Virus record (IMG/VR): IMGVR_UViG_3300025132_000038
Coordinates: 1 to 60,119 of that record
Length of the DNA: 60,119 nucleotides
Strand: one strand, 5' to 3'
Source of the DNA: a virus
Lineage: Duplodnaviria; Caudoviricetes
The notes below the pieces were generated by a model. It worked only from the letters and a program-made list of their open reading frames with translations. It was not told the DNA's origin and did not search any database. The position numbers and the translations under genes are program-made. Each line of letters begins with the position of its first letter. Positions within the stretch are counted from its first letter, which is position 1. Below, piece after piece: positions 48,928 through 57,398 of this stretch.

Positions 48928-49290
48928 TTACATAAATTTCTTTAATACTAATTCTTCAACTTGCTTTTTAGCTTCCTTAATACACAACTGAAAAGTTAAA
49001 TCAGCTTCATATTTATGCACCACTTCCTTATTATAAAAAACAATAACAGTTGGTACGGAAAGTATTTTATACTCAGCAACCATATTAGGGCAATTCTCTA
49101 TGTCAATAATGTAAGTTTTTACATCCTTAAACTTAGATAAATCTACCATATTTTCTTTGTTCCAATCCGCATAAAACTCAATAACAACAATGTCTTCTTT
49201 TAAAACCGCATCTAAATCTGATTCTTGTAATGTCATTTGACCAAATGACACCATACTGATAAATAAAAAGAAGTAGAATAAATTTTTCAT
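48928..49290 (-). CDS. Secreted thioredoxin-fold protein lacking CxxC
   Basis: Signal peptide; VVIEFYADWN in place of WCxxC; YKILSVPTVIVF cis-Pro motif. Confidence 0.7.
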   Translation of the reverse strand: MKNLFYFFLFISMVSFGQMTLQESDLDAVLKEDIVVIEFYADWNKENMVDLSKFKDVKTYIIDIENCPNMVAEYKILSVPTVIVFYNKEVVHKYEADLTFQLCIKEAKKQVEELVLKKFM

Positions 49291-49577
49291 TATTTTTGTA
49301 TTACCTCATACAAACGTTCATCCATAGTGTCTAACTTCTTTTCTATAGCATCTAATGATTCTTTGTTAGATAAAACCGTTTGTCTTATTAATTCATTTTT
49401 CATATTTATTTCTCCCGCACTAGGATAGCCGTCAAATTTTTCAACCTTAACTTCTATCGCATTTACCTGACCAACTAAGTTATAATAAGTTCCCACTAAT
49501 CCCACTACCATTAAAATGAAACTTATTAAGAACTTTAAATCAGTACTTACTTTTGTGTTATTACTTATTTTAGCCAT
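49290..49577 (-). CDS. Single-TM coiled-coil membrane protein
   Basis: FLISFILMVVGLVGTYY then heptad repeats. Confidence 0.65.
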   Translation of the reverse strand: MAKISNNTKVSTDLKFLISFILMVVGLVGTYYNLVGQVNAIEVKVEKFDGYPSAGEINMKNELIRQTVLSNKESLDAIEKKLDTMDERLYEVIQK

Positions 49578-50143
49578 TTTACTTTACCATTTTGGATATA
49601 AATACTTTCAGGCTTTCTTATAACCTGACCCTTTAAATTGTAAATTAAATTAGTGTTTTCAGAATTTTTAATTATTTCTATGATTTCTGTATCACAAGGC
49701 ATACCTGTGTCACAATCAACATATTCTTCTATATATATCCACTCTGTTTCTGTTATATACAAAGTGTCTAAAATATCTTCATAAATATAAAGTGTATCTA
49801 TTTCTTCTATTACTTGTATTTCAATAATAGTATCTGTTAAATTAATATACTCTATTACATCAATATATAACGTATCACAACCAACCTCGTCTAACAAACA
49901 ATCAAATGTAGAAGTAGGAATTTGACCATCTTGCTCATCACTTGCATCTACACAATCGTCCCATCCATCTGCTATCCATGTTGTTTGCACACATCCATTA
50001 GGAGAATATTGAGTCCAATTAGACTCATCATCACCACAATAAAAACCTTGTGCCTCCGCACACTCTAAACACGCATCATTATATTCTTGTGAATACACTA
50101 ATCCGCTAAACAAAGTAAATAATAGTAATATGTATTTTTTCAT
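49565..50143 (-). CDS. Secreted acidic protein with an LDL-receptor class A-like motif and a T9SS-CTD-like tail
   Basis: Signal peptide; CV...WIADGWDDCVDASDE; DTLY repeats; IYNLKGQ...IYIQNGKV. Confidence 0.65.
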   Translation of the reverse strand: MKKYILLLFTLFSGLVYSQEYNDACLECAEAQGFYCGDDESNWTQYSPNGCVQTTWIADGWDDCVDASDEQDGQIPTSTFDCLLDEVGCDTLYIDVIEYINLTDTIIEIQVIEEIDTLYIYEDILDTLYITETEWIYIEEYVDCDTGMPCDTEIIEIIKNSENTNLIYNLKGQVIRKPESIYIQNGKVKWLK

Positions 50144-50145
50144 AC

Positions 50146-51162
50146 TTAGAAGAATAAATAGTTAAACCCAAACTTTAATTCATATACAGGCTTCATCCAA
50201 TACCTCTGGTGAGTTCCTTCTACAAAGATTCCTAAATGCTTGGTAATACGTGAACCAAACACCACTCCTGCATCCCATTCTGCCCAATCACTGTTCTCAA
50301 CTCCATATTCAAAAGAATAATCATCAAGCCCATAATGCAAAGGTAGTAAATTATACCATACATGAATCCATAGTTTTGGTGACCATTTATAGTATGAAAC
50401 ACCTAAAACAGCACTAATTTCATTTTGAGTGCCTAACTTTTCTAATTCTTGCTCATTAAAAGATGCAACTGCACCTCCAAAATAATGTTTATAAAACTCA
50501 TCATTTGATGTCGCTAACAACTCATCCCCACTAAACCAATTCCAATCTCCATTTACAAATTCTCTACTATATCCAAAATCAGCCGCTAATTCTACAAAGG
50601 TACTTTCCCCTGGAGTCCAAAAATCCTCAATAGGGTTAACCCCATACACAGGGTGATTCCTAGCAATAATTCCTGCCGTAAAATCCCATGCACCTACCTG
50701 AACACGAAACCTAGTATCGAAGGAGGTGTATTCTAAATTTACTCTTTGATTGTCTTTGTATTGTAATTTAGTAACCGTTTTATTACCGAGATAACGTAAC
50801 CAAAAATTTGCATTATTAAATGTTTCACCGCGATTACGTATAAAAGAATAATTAAGGAGATACTCCCACCCGTTAGCATTACCAACAGTAACATTGTCTG
50901 AAACAGTTCTTTCAGTACCGTAGTACCATGTTTTAACTTTATATTCATAATCAAATCTTGCTATTTTTCGGATTCCGAAAGTTAAATTATAATCATAGGG
51001 GTTGATTTCAGTAACATCTTCATAACCCCTATCTATAGCTATGTAATTCTCCCTTTCCACCATAGACGTTCCCATAGTAAAAGAAGTATATACTGTAGAA
51101 TACTTAAAGAACTGACCAAAGGAAAGTAAAGGAAGTAATAATAATATAAATAATTTCTTCAT
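50146..51162 (-). CDS. Putative outer-membrane beta-barrel protein
   Basis: Signal peptide; alternating aromatic beta strands; C-terminal KFGFNYLFF beta-signal-like end. Confidence 0.65.
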   Translation of the reverse strand: MKKLFILLLLPLLSFGQFFKYSTVYTSFTMGTSMVERENYIAIDRGYEDVTEINPYDYNLTFGIRKIARFDYEYKVKTWYYGTERTVSDNVTVGNANGWEYLLNYSFIRNRGETFNNANFWLRYLGNKTVTKLQYKDNQRVNLEYTSFDTRFRVQVGAWDFTAGIIARNHPVYGVNPIEDFWTPGESTFVELAADFGYSREFVNGDWNWFSGDELLATSNDEFYKHYFGGAVASFNEQELEKLGTQNEISAVLGVSYYKWSPKLWIHVWYNLLPLHYGLDDYSFEYGVENSDWAEWDAGVVFGSRITKHLGIFVEGTHQRYWMKPVYELKFGFNYLFF

Positions 51163-51287
51163 CTTCCTTGTCCTCTATATTGTTTCACATAATTAGTAGC
51201 TCCCTTGGAAAACGTAGACTTGCTCTTGCAGTGCCTTTTGTGTTTTGTTTTTTTGTTTGGTTGAAATCGAAATGCGTTTTTTGCCAT
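51159..51287 (-). CDS. Small basic protein, 42 aa, ending YRGQGR (not in ORF track)
   Basis: MAKNAFRFQPNKKTKHKRHCKSKS...KQYRGQGR; ATGA overlap with the downstream gene. Confidence 0.65.
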   Translation of the reverse strand: MAKNAFRFQPNKKTKHKRHCKSKSTFSKGATNYVKQYRGQGR

Positions 51288-51343
51288 GACCTATCACATA
51301 TTTTATGTTAACATTTTTTATAGTACTTGAAATCGTCCACATA

Positions 51344-51910
51344 TTAATTGTAAGCTACATATAACCGAGCTCCATTATTAGGAGGGGTAGAGCTCCCCGT
51401 TGCCGAGCTAAACACTTTAACTACTTGAACCGGAACAAGAGGTTGAGCACAATCATAATTTTGTCCGTAATTACCTACAGCTCTTATCCTACCCGTTTCA
51501 GAAGCATTATCTTCTTCATTACAAGCTCCTAAAATAAAAATATCATTCTTATGACCCGGGCCGCTCAAAAGTACTACACCGGGGTCTGGAATATTTTGAT
51601 AAATAATAACAGGCTTCCCTGCAGCAGCACTTATATTGCTTGTAAGCGTAAGTTCATTTGATTTCACTTTCGTTATAATACTTCTATTCCCTACCGCAGC
51701 ACCATCAACTCCAACCATACAAACATCACCTACTTTAATACCTAACTCCTTAAAGTTAAGAGTAGCGGTTGTTACGGTTTTTAGTATCGCGTCATAAGCG
51801 CTTGGCTGAAATGTCGTCACATAATTTCTTGGAGACGGATTAAAAGCATTGTTAAAATTGTCCCCTGAAATATCAAAGGTTGCTTTTGGATAAAACTGTT
51901 GATTCGGCAT
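51344..51910 (-). CDS. Putative virion structural protein
   Basis: NF...GIKVGD...IITKV.S..LTL domain; PVQV.KV C-terminal motif. Confidence 0.6.
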   Translation of the reverse strand: MPNQQFYPKATFDISGDNFNNAFNPSPRNYVTTFQPSAYDAILKTVTTATLNFKELGIKVGDVCMVGVDGAAVGNRSIITKVKSNELTLTSNISAAAGKPVIIYQNIPDPGVVLLSGPGHKNDIFILGACNEEDNASETGRIRAVGNYGQNYDCAQPLVPVQVVKVFSSATGSSTPPNNGARLYVAYN

Positions 51911-51924
51911 AACTTTTTTTTTAT

Positions 51925-52158
51925 TTATTTATTATAAGGGAAAATTCTGTTTAGGGAATCCTTTCGTTTACCACATCCACAATCTTTTCCTGTTGCTTTT
52001 GCTACCGCATCTACAGCTTTTTTAATACCTGTAGCTTTGGTAAATTTTTCTATTGTATCTCCCAACCCACGACTTTTCTTGTTTGATGGAACATATACAT
52101 TCTTTTTGTCATCATACCCCCTTGGTGAATGACCCATTAGTTGACTGCGGGTAGCCAT
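51925..52158 (-). CDS. Conserved small phage protein with CGC motif
   Basis: SRGLGDTIEK.TKATGIKK.V...DCGC.KRK..LN..FPY. Confidence 0.75.
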   Translation of the reverse strand: MATRSQLMGHSPRGYDDKKNVYVPSNKKSRGLGDTIEKFTKATGIKKAVDAVAKATGKDCGCGKRKDSLNRIFPYNK

Positions 52159-52161
52159 AAT

Positions 52162-52344
52162 TTAACAATTACAGTTTTTGCAGTCTTTAGCCATTTTAAA
52201 TCCTAGATTTAAAATTACCATTTTTAAACATTTTTTAGAAACATCTCCTTTTATTTCTAAAAGAGTTATTCCTCCTATTCTCCATTCTATAGCAATCTTA
52301 TCCCATTGTCTAGCATTGCTCGAAAAATAATTTATAAACTTCAT
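52162..52344 (-). CDS. Small hypothetical protein
   Basis: 60 aa; QWDK..I..R.GGIT. Confidence 0.65.
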   Translation of the reverse strand: MKFINYFSSNARQWDKIAIEWRIGGITLLEIKGDVSKKCLKMVILNLGFKMAKDCKNCNC

Positions 52345-52360
52345 ATTATATTACTTTTAG

Positions 52361-52855
52361 TTATTTTTTCATTCTCCATTTTTTCAAACCCTTTCTGTGA
52401 GTTTTAGGAACACCTGTGTGTTTTTTCTTTTTCACTCTATGTCCTTTATGAACATCAACTTGTTTTTCTGTTTGAAGATGCTTCCTGTTGTATTTAACAA
52501 CGTTTTTTTGTTTAGCATTTCCAATTTTTCTTTTCTGTTTAACTACCCTTCTTTTTCCTATAGCCCCTTCTTGTCTTCTGCTTACCTCAACTTTTTTCTC
52601 CCCACCTTTTGTTTTAACAACTTTTCTTTTACGTCCTGTTATAGGATTTTTATATCTTCTAGTAATAGTTGTTCTTCCCAGAACATCGGTTTTTTTAGTT
52701 TGTTTGTATACAGGTTTAACAGCTTTTTTAACAGCTTTCTTAACGGCTTGACCCGCTTTTTTTACTCCGGCACGCGCTTTTCTAATCGCGTTACCAACCT
52801 TACTACCTCCCGGCTTTCTTCTAAAGGATATTTTTCGTGTTCCGTATTTAGGCAT
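52361..52855 (-). CDS. Highly basic histone-H1/protamine-like protein
   Basis: About 37% K+R by hand count; AVKK repeats. Confidence 0.7.
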   Translation of the reverse strand: MPKYGTRKISFRRKPGGSKVGNAIRKARAGVKKAGQAVKKAVKKAVKPVYKQTKKTDVLGRTTITRRYKNPITGRKRKVVKTKGGEKKVEVSRRQEGAIGKRRVVKQKRKIGNAKQKNVVKYNRKHLQTEKQVDVHKGHRVKKKKHTGVPKTHRKGLKKWRMKK

Positions 52856-52863
52856 AATTTTAA

Positions 52864-53064
52864 TTATTTAGTACTACATCCAAAATTTTTGGCATAATTC
52901 GCCATCTTAACTACACTAGAGGAATACTTTTTAGTATTCTTCATTACAGCGCTAGCGGCAGAACAGGCATCTTTAAACCCGTTCCGTTTAGCCCAATCTG
53001 TAAATTTCCCCTCATTCTTTTCTTTAATTTGAGGAAATTTCTTTGTCCTTCCTTTAGTCGCCAT
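52864..53064 (-). CDS. Small basic protein
   Basis: GKFT.WAK..G...A...K.ANYAKN. Confidence 0.7.
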   Translation of the reverse strand: MATKGRTKKFPQIKEKNEGKFTDWAKRNGFKDACSAASAVMKNTKKYSSSVVKMANYAKNFGCSTK

Positions 53065-53318
53065 TATGATTTTCTCATTATTCCCGTTCTATTACTACCT
53101 GTTTGAGTTTTAAACCCATGGTGTAATTTAGCTTTTACGCTTTTAGGATAGTGCTTATCTTCTTTCATTGAATGATTTCCCTCATAAGGATGTCCATATC
53201 TTGATTTAGACATTCCTTTAGACTCATTTCTTCTTGATTTGTAAGATTGTGAGTGAGGGCCTTTATGCTTCATACCTAAAGACTCATCCAATCTGTCGTT
53301 ATAACCTTGTTTTTTCAT
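53064..53318 (-). CDS. Small basic protein
   Basis: MKKQGYNDRLDESLG...QS.KSRR.ESKG. Confidence 0.7.
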   Translation of the reverse strand: MKKQGYNDRLDESLGMKHKGPHSQSYKSRRNESKGMSKSRYGHPYEGNHSMKEDKHYPKSVKAKLHHGFKTQTGSNRTGIMRKS

Positions 53319-53341
53319 TTGTTAATTTTTAAAAATTATTA

Positions 53342-53515
53342 CTAGTATCCTGTACTTTTCATTGTTTTCTCCATGCCGTAGCCTGGGTTATTCTTTACTG
53401 AACCGTGATTCATTTTTGCAAACTCATGTGCTTGCGCTTTTCCTATGGCTGTATATGGAAAAACTTTTGTTTTCATTTTTCCTGTATCACCGCATTTATA
53501 TTTTACTGTTGGCAT
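53342..53515 (-). CDS. Small basic protein, 57 aa (not in ORF track)
   Basis: MPTVKYKC...KVFPYTAIGKAQA...; preceded by TATCTTTG at 53532-53539. Confidence 0.65.
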   Translation of the reverse strand: MPTVKYKCGDTGKMKTKVFPYTAIGKAQAHEFAKMNHGSVKNNPGYGMEKTMKSTGY

Positions 53516-53551
53516 ATTATATATTTATTTACAAAGATAATAAATTATTTA

Positions 53552-53980
53552 CTACGCTTTGTTATTATTCTTTTTCTTATCTTTCTTGTTTAAATTCTTA
53601 ACAGTATCTCTTACTGTTCTAATAGCCTTACCAAACTTACCTTTTTTAAGGCTAGAAATAGCTTCCTTACCACCACTATATATTTTATAAGCGTTAGTCT
53701 CTTTACCTTTTTTAGCTTTATCATGAATTTTTTTAATAGTTTTTCCAACTTTAGTCTTTTTGTACTTATCCACTTTTGCTTTTATTTTATCAGCAGCTTG
53801 CTCTACTCCCGTTTTACCGGTTGTCTCTTTTATATACTTTCTTGTGGCCTTTCTATTAGTTCTAGCCGTTTTCCTGTCTTCTTTAGACATTAGGTATTTA
53901 CCTTTTTTAGCCTTTCTTTCGGACCTTTTTTCAAATCGTGCTTCTTTTTTAGCACGCATTTTATCTCCAAATTTACTCAT
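53552..53980 (-). CDS. Highly basic K/R-rich protein
   Basis: 142 aa, K/R-dominated. Confidence 0.7.
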   Translation of the reverse strand: MSKFGDKMRAKKEARFEKRSERKAKKGKYLMSKEDRKTARTNRKATRKYIKETTGKTGVEQAADKIKAKVDKYKKTKVGKTIKKIHDKAKKGKETNAYKIYSGGKEAISSLKKGKFGKAIRTVRDTVKNLNKKDKKKNNNKA

Positions 53981-53992
53981 AACTTATATTTT

Positions 53993-54325
53993 TTACTTTA
54001 TTGTTGGTGAAGTGTTTAATTTTATCTGCGCTAACAACCTCTGCTTCTCTTGTCTATTCATAGGTTTTTTCCAATTCTTCATTCCTGGTAAAGTTTCATC
54101 TTTTATTTTTCTTTTTACCACTTTCTCTTTTCTTTTGTCCCACGTCCCTTTCTTTTCCATTCTAGCTTTCCGCTTAAGATTACGATTACGTTTCTTATCA
54201 CTAATATCGTAATACTCTAACCTTTTTGTAACCCTAGCTGTTTTTTTAGATTTTTTCTTTTGTTCGTTTAAAATCTTTTTAGTATTAGCTTGTTTTCTTT
54301 CCTTTACTTTGTTTACTATAGCCAT
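53993..54325 (-). CDS. Highly basic K/R-rich protein
   Basis: 110 aa; K.ARV.KR.E and DISD.K shared with 58083-58475. Confidence 0.7.
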   Translation of the reverse strand: MAIVNKVKERKQANTKKILNEQKKKSKKTARVTKRLEYYDISDKKRNRNLKRKARMEKKGTWDKRKEKVVKRKIKDETLPGMKNWKKPMNRQEKQRLLAQIKLNTSPTIK

Positions 54326-54344
54326 AGTTGTTGTTGTTTTTTAT

Positions 54345-54659
54345 TTACCTACCCATTTTTTTATCCGCCCACTTTTTATTTCTCTTATCTAGTTTGTCGT
54401 ATTTTTTAATATCCCTATCCATCTTCTTAAGAAACCTTCTCTCTGACCTAGGTAAAGATTGTAGTTCTTTTCTCTCTGTTTTTCTAGCTGTTCTTTTTTG
54501 AAGTTTATCTAACTTTTTATTACCTCTTTTAACAGACATTTTGCCGGACTCAATTTTTCCTATTATTTTTTGTCCTTTTTTCTCTTGACGAGCTTCCATT
54601 TTTTTTATCTCTGAGGTGTTGTCCCTTTTTCTTTTTAACAACTTTTTTAATATAGACAT
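54345..54659 (-). CDS. Highly basic K/R-rich protein
   Basis: 104 aa; MDRDIKKY shared with 58083-58475. Confidence 0.7.
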   Translation of the reverse strand: MSILKKLLKRKRDNTSEIKKMEARQEKKGQKIIGKIESGKMSVKRGNKKLDKLQKRTARKTERKELQSLPRSERRFLKKMDRDIKKYDKLDKRNKKWADKKMGR

Positions 54660-54681
54660 AGTAGTTTATTTTCTTTTTTTG

Positions 54682-54704
54682 TAATTTTGTACCATACAAA
54701 GTTA
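54682..54704. promoter_or_regulatory. Face-to-face -7 elements: TAATTTTG (+, 54682-54689) and TAACTTTG (-, 54697-54704)
   Basis: Lie between the divergently oriented genes starting at 54659 (-) and 54720 (+). Confidence 0.5.
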
Positions 54705-54719
54705 ATAAAATAAAATTTA

Positions 54720-55154
54720 ATGAATTTAAATTACTTAAAGTATTGGAGGGTTATAAGATATTTCGTAAAATCAAAATATAATCTTACTCAAGCTGACCTG
54801 GACATTCTTATTTTTTTGTTTGATGAAGGTTATTTTTCTAAAGATAAATTTAAGGAATTTGATGAGTTACTTAGTTGGAATGTAAATAGATTTGATAATT
54901 TACTACGCGATGGGTGGATAGAGGTTTTTAGAAAGTATGATGGTAAAAGAAAAGGGTTATACACCCTTTCATACAAAACAAATCGCTTAATTACCTCTAT
55001 ATATAATAAATTAAGTGGGGAAGAAATACCTACTAGTCCTTCAGCTAACCCTATATTTAAAAGAAAAGTGTCTTATACTGACAAAGTATATCGTAATATG
55101 ATAATAGAAATGAACCGATTTATAAAACAACAACGACATTCATTTGACGAATAA
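54720..55154 (+). CDS. Winged-helix (MarR-like) DNA-binding protein, the only + strand gene in the late region
   Basis: LTQADLDIL.FL...F...L..DGWI.V......Y.LS.K pattern. Confidence 0.65.
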   Translation: MNLNYLKYWRVIRYFVKSKYNLTQADLDILIFLFDEGYFSKDKFKEFDELLSWNVNRFDNLLRDGWIEVFRKYDGKRKGLYTLSYKTNRLITSIYNKLSGEEIPTSPSANPIFKRKVSYTDKVYRNMIIEMNRFIKQQRHSFDE

Positions 55155-55377
55155 TAGCTACTACTTCATTATTAAGTAACATAGTATGTCCTGACTGTTG
55201 GTCATAATATATCTCGTCTCCCTTTTTTATTATCTCCACATCTGTTCCCACATTTAATACTTTACCTTTTCTGTATCGAAGATTAGATGTTTCTTCTCCT
55301 GATAAAAGAAGTCCTGACTTTGTAGTTACTTCTTCATCTATGGGTTTTATTATAATATATGTTCCTATTGCTTGCAT
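55120..55377 (-). CDS. groES: Co-chaperonin GroES (Cpn10)
   Basis: IIIKP..E..TKSGLLL...GKV..VG..V..IK.GD.I.Y. Confidence 0.9.
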   Translation of the reverse strand: MQAIGTYIIIKPIDEEVTTKSGLLLSGEETSNLRYRKGKVLNVGTDVEIIKKGDEIYYDQQSGHTMLLNNEVVAIIRQMNVVVVL

Positions 55378-56987
55378 GTTGTATCGTATGAACGTGCCAT
55401 TGTAATAATAGCGTTAGTACTTAGTATTGTATTGGCAACTGATATAGCGTTACTTAAAGCGCTTACAGTAACTTTGGTAGGGTCTATTACCCCTAAATCA
55501 ATCATGTTTCCTTTTTTTTCAGTAACTACATTGTATCCTTCGCCTTTTTCAAGGTTAGATGATAAATAAACATCATTTATATTTAAGCCTGCATTTTCAA
55601 GAATTTGTTTTAATGGAGATAATAAAGATTCTAATAAAATTGCGTAAGCAATTTTTTCGGCATCAGATTTTCCACTTTTTAATTCTGAAGAAATATTCAT
55701 CAAAGCTACCCCACTACCTGGAAGTATCCCGTCTGACAAAGCAGAACGAACCGCACATACAGCATCATCTACTCTATCATATAACTCTTTTTGTTCTAAA
55801 TCAGTATTACCACCTACATATATAACTCCTACTCCGCCTGTCAATGAGGCTATACGAGATAATATAAACTCTCTATCAGCTTTTGTTTTAGCTCTTTTAT
55901 GTGCATCTTTTAATTCCCCTACTCTTACATTTAATAATTCTTGATGTTCCTCATCTTTTGGTGAACAAAGGACGACAGTGGAGTCTCTCCCAACTATCAC
56001 CTTGGACGCTCTCCCTAAATCGGAGAAGTTTATAATACTCAAATCGTCCCCTGTTTTCTCAGAAAAATACGTTGCACCTACTGACATTGCTATGTCTTGC
56101 ATAAGCTCATGTGTTTTCCAACCAAATGACGGCGGTGGTATAATACACACCTTCAATCCTCTTTTCATAACATTAGCCGCTAATGTTTGTATAACATTTT
56201 GTGAACAAGGAGCTATAATAAGAAGTTTTTTGCTTTCTTGAATAATGGGTTTTAGAATATTCTCTATGTTTAATACGTTATTTATTTCAGCATCAGATAC
56301 TAAAATGTTAACATTTTCTAATATACACTCATCTTTCTTTTGATTATTAACAAATAGATTACTTGAATAACCTCTTTCTATTTTTATTCCTTCAGTTGTT
56401 TCTGAATACGTCTCCGAGTTTTGTGACTTCTCCACAGTCACTATTCCGTTTTCTCCAACCGTATTATATGTATCTGAAATAATACTACCAACAAACTCAT
56501 CATTGTTAGCTGAAATAGTGGCAACATTATTTAAAGTACTCTTTTCCACTTTTACACTATCTTTTTTTAACCTTTCAATAATATCAATAGTATAACTAGA
56601 TAAAGCACGTATAACTTCAGTTACACTTACATTAGGGTTTTTACTTAATAGTCTTGTGGTGTTCTTTACTATAGATTCAGTTAAAACAATAGCTGTGGTA
56701 GTTCCATCACCTGCTAAAGTAGCTGTTCTTTCCGCAGCTTGTTTCATTATTCTAACTGCTAAATTTTCAACAGGGTCAAGAAGCTCAACCGATTTAGCAA
56801 CCGTAACTCCATCTTTAGTTACTGTTATACTAGCGGTATGTTCTGGTGATTCAATAAGAACTGTGTTACCTCGGGGACCGAGAGTACTTTTTACTGCGTT
56901 AGCAATTTTAGTAATTCCTTTGATTAACTTTACTCTACCTTCTGTACCGAAGTCGAGCTCCTTGGGGATATATCCTGTATTATTCAT
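55365..56987 (-). CDS. groEL: Chaperonin GroEL (Cpn60)
   Basis: TLGPRG, TKDGVTVAK, AGDGTTTA, ATISAN, GI.PG.G, GVIDP.KV. Confidence 0.95.
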   Translation of the reverse strand: MNNTGYIPKELDFGTEGRVKLIKGITKIANAVKSTLGPRGNTVLIESPEHTASITVTKDGVTVAKSVELLDPVENLAVRIMKQAAERTATLAGDGTTTAIVLTESIVKNTTRLLSKNPNVSVTEVIRALSSYTIDIIERLKKDSVKVEKSTLNNVATISANNDEFVGSIISDTYNTVGENGIVTVEKSQNSETYSETTEGIKIERGYSSNLFVNNQKKDECILENVNILVSDAEINNVLNIENILKPIIQESKKLLIIAPCSQNVIQTLAANVMKRGLKVCIIPPPSFGWKTHELMQDIAMSVGATYFSEKTGDDLSIINFSDLGRASKVIVGRDSTVVLCSPKDEEHQELLNVRVGELKDAHKRAKTKADREFILSRIASLTGGVGVIYVGGNTDLEQKELYDRVDDAVCAVRSALSDGILPGSGVALMNISSELKSGKSDAEKIAYAILLESLLSPLKQILENAGLNINDVYLSSNLEKGEGYNVVTEKKGNMIDLGVIDPTKVTVSALSNAISVANTILSTNAIITMARSYDTTCKQ

Positions 56988-57015
56988 TTAATTTAAATTT
57001 AAGTTTAATTTATTG

Positions 57016-57023
57016 CAAATATA
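57016..57023 (-). promoter_or_regulatory. Bacteroidota -7 element TATATTTG upstream of groEL
   Basis: Consensus match 28 nt before the ATG. Confidence 0.55.
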
Positions 57024-57055
57024 GGAATTATTTTCTTATACCACTAACTTTAGTT

Positions 57056-57209
57056 ATGTCAAATTTTTTTAATATTATTTATATATATATATTCTCCCTA
57101 TTATAAAAAAAAAGACTCACTATAAAAGCTTTAGTTTTTTGACATTTTCGACACTAGTTCTGATTATCAGTTAGTTAAGTACTTTAAATCGACACTAAAA
57201 CCGACACTA
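57056..57209. promoter_or_regulatory. Origin-like module B: AT-rich tract, CGACAC repeats and an IHF-consensus site
   Basis: 57140-57207 aligns without gaps to 8557-8624; TATCAG-TTAG-TTA matches WATCAR-N4-TTR. Confidence 0.6.
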
Positions 57210-57343
57210 TAATGTCAATTATCGTCATTTTCTTAACACTGAGTTAATATTAGAAGTGTTATCTTTACAGTATGAGAATAGATATAGCTCCATATTTATA
57301 TATATTAATAATGATAGTGTGCTTCTTACTTTCAATTTAGGCC

Positions 57344-57370
57344 AAAAGAAAAGGGAGCATATAGCTCCCT
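57344..57370 (-). terminator. Intrinsic terminator
   Basis: AGGGAGC-TATAT-GCTCCCT then TTTCTTTT on the minus strand. Confidence 0.75.
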
Positions 57371-57398
57371 AATCCGTGTCAAACAAAGGGGTAATGTT

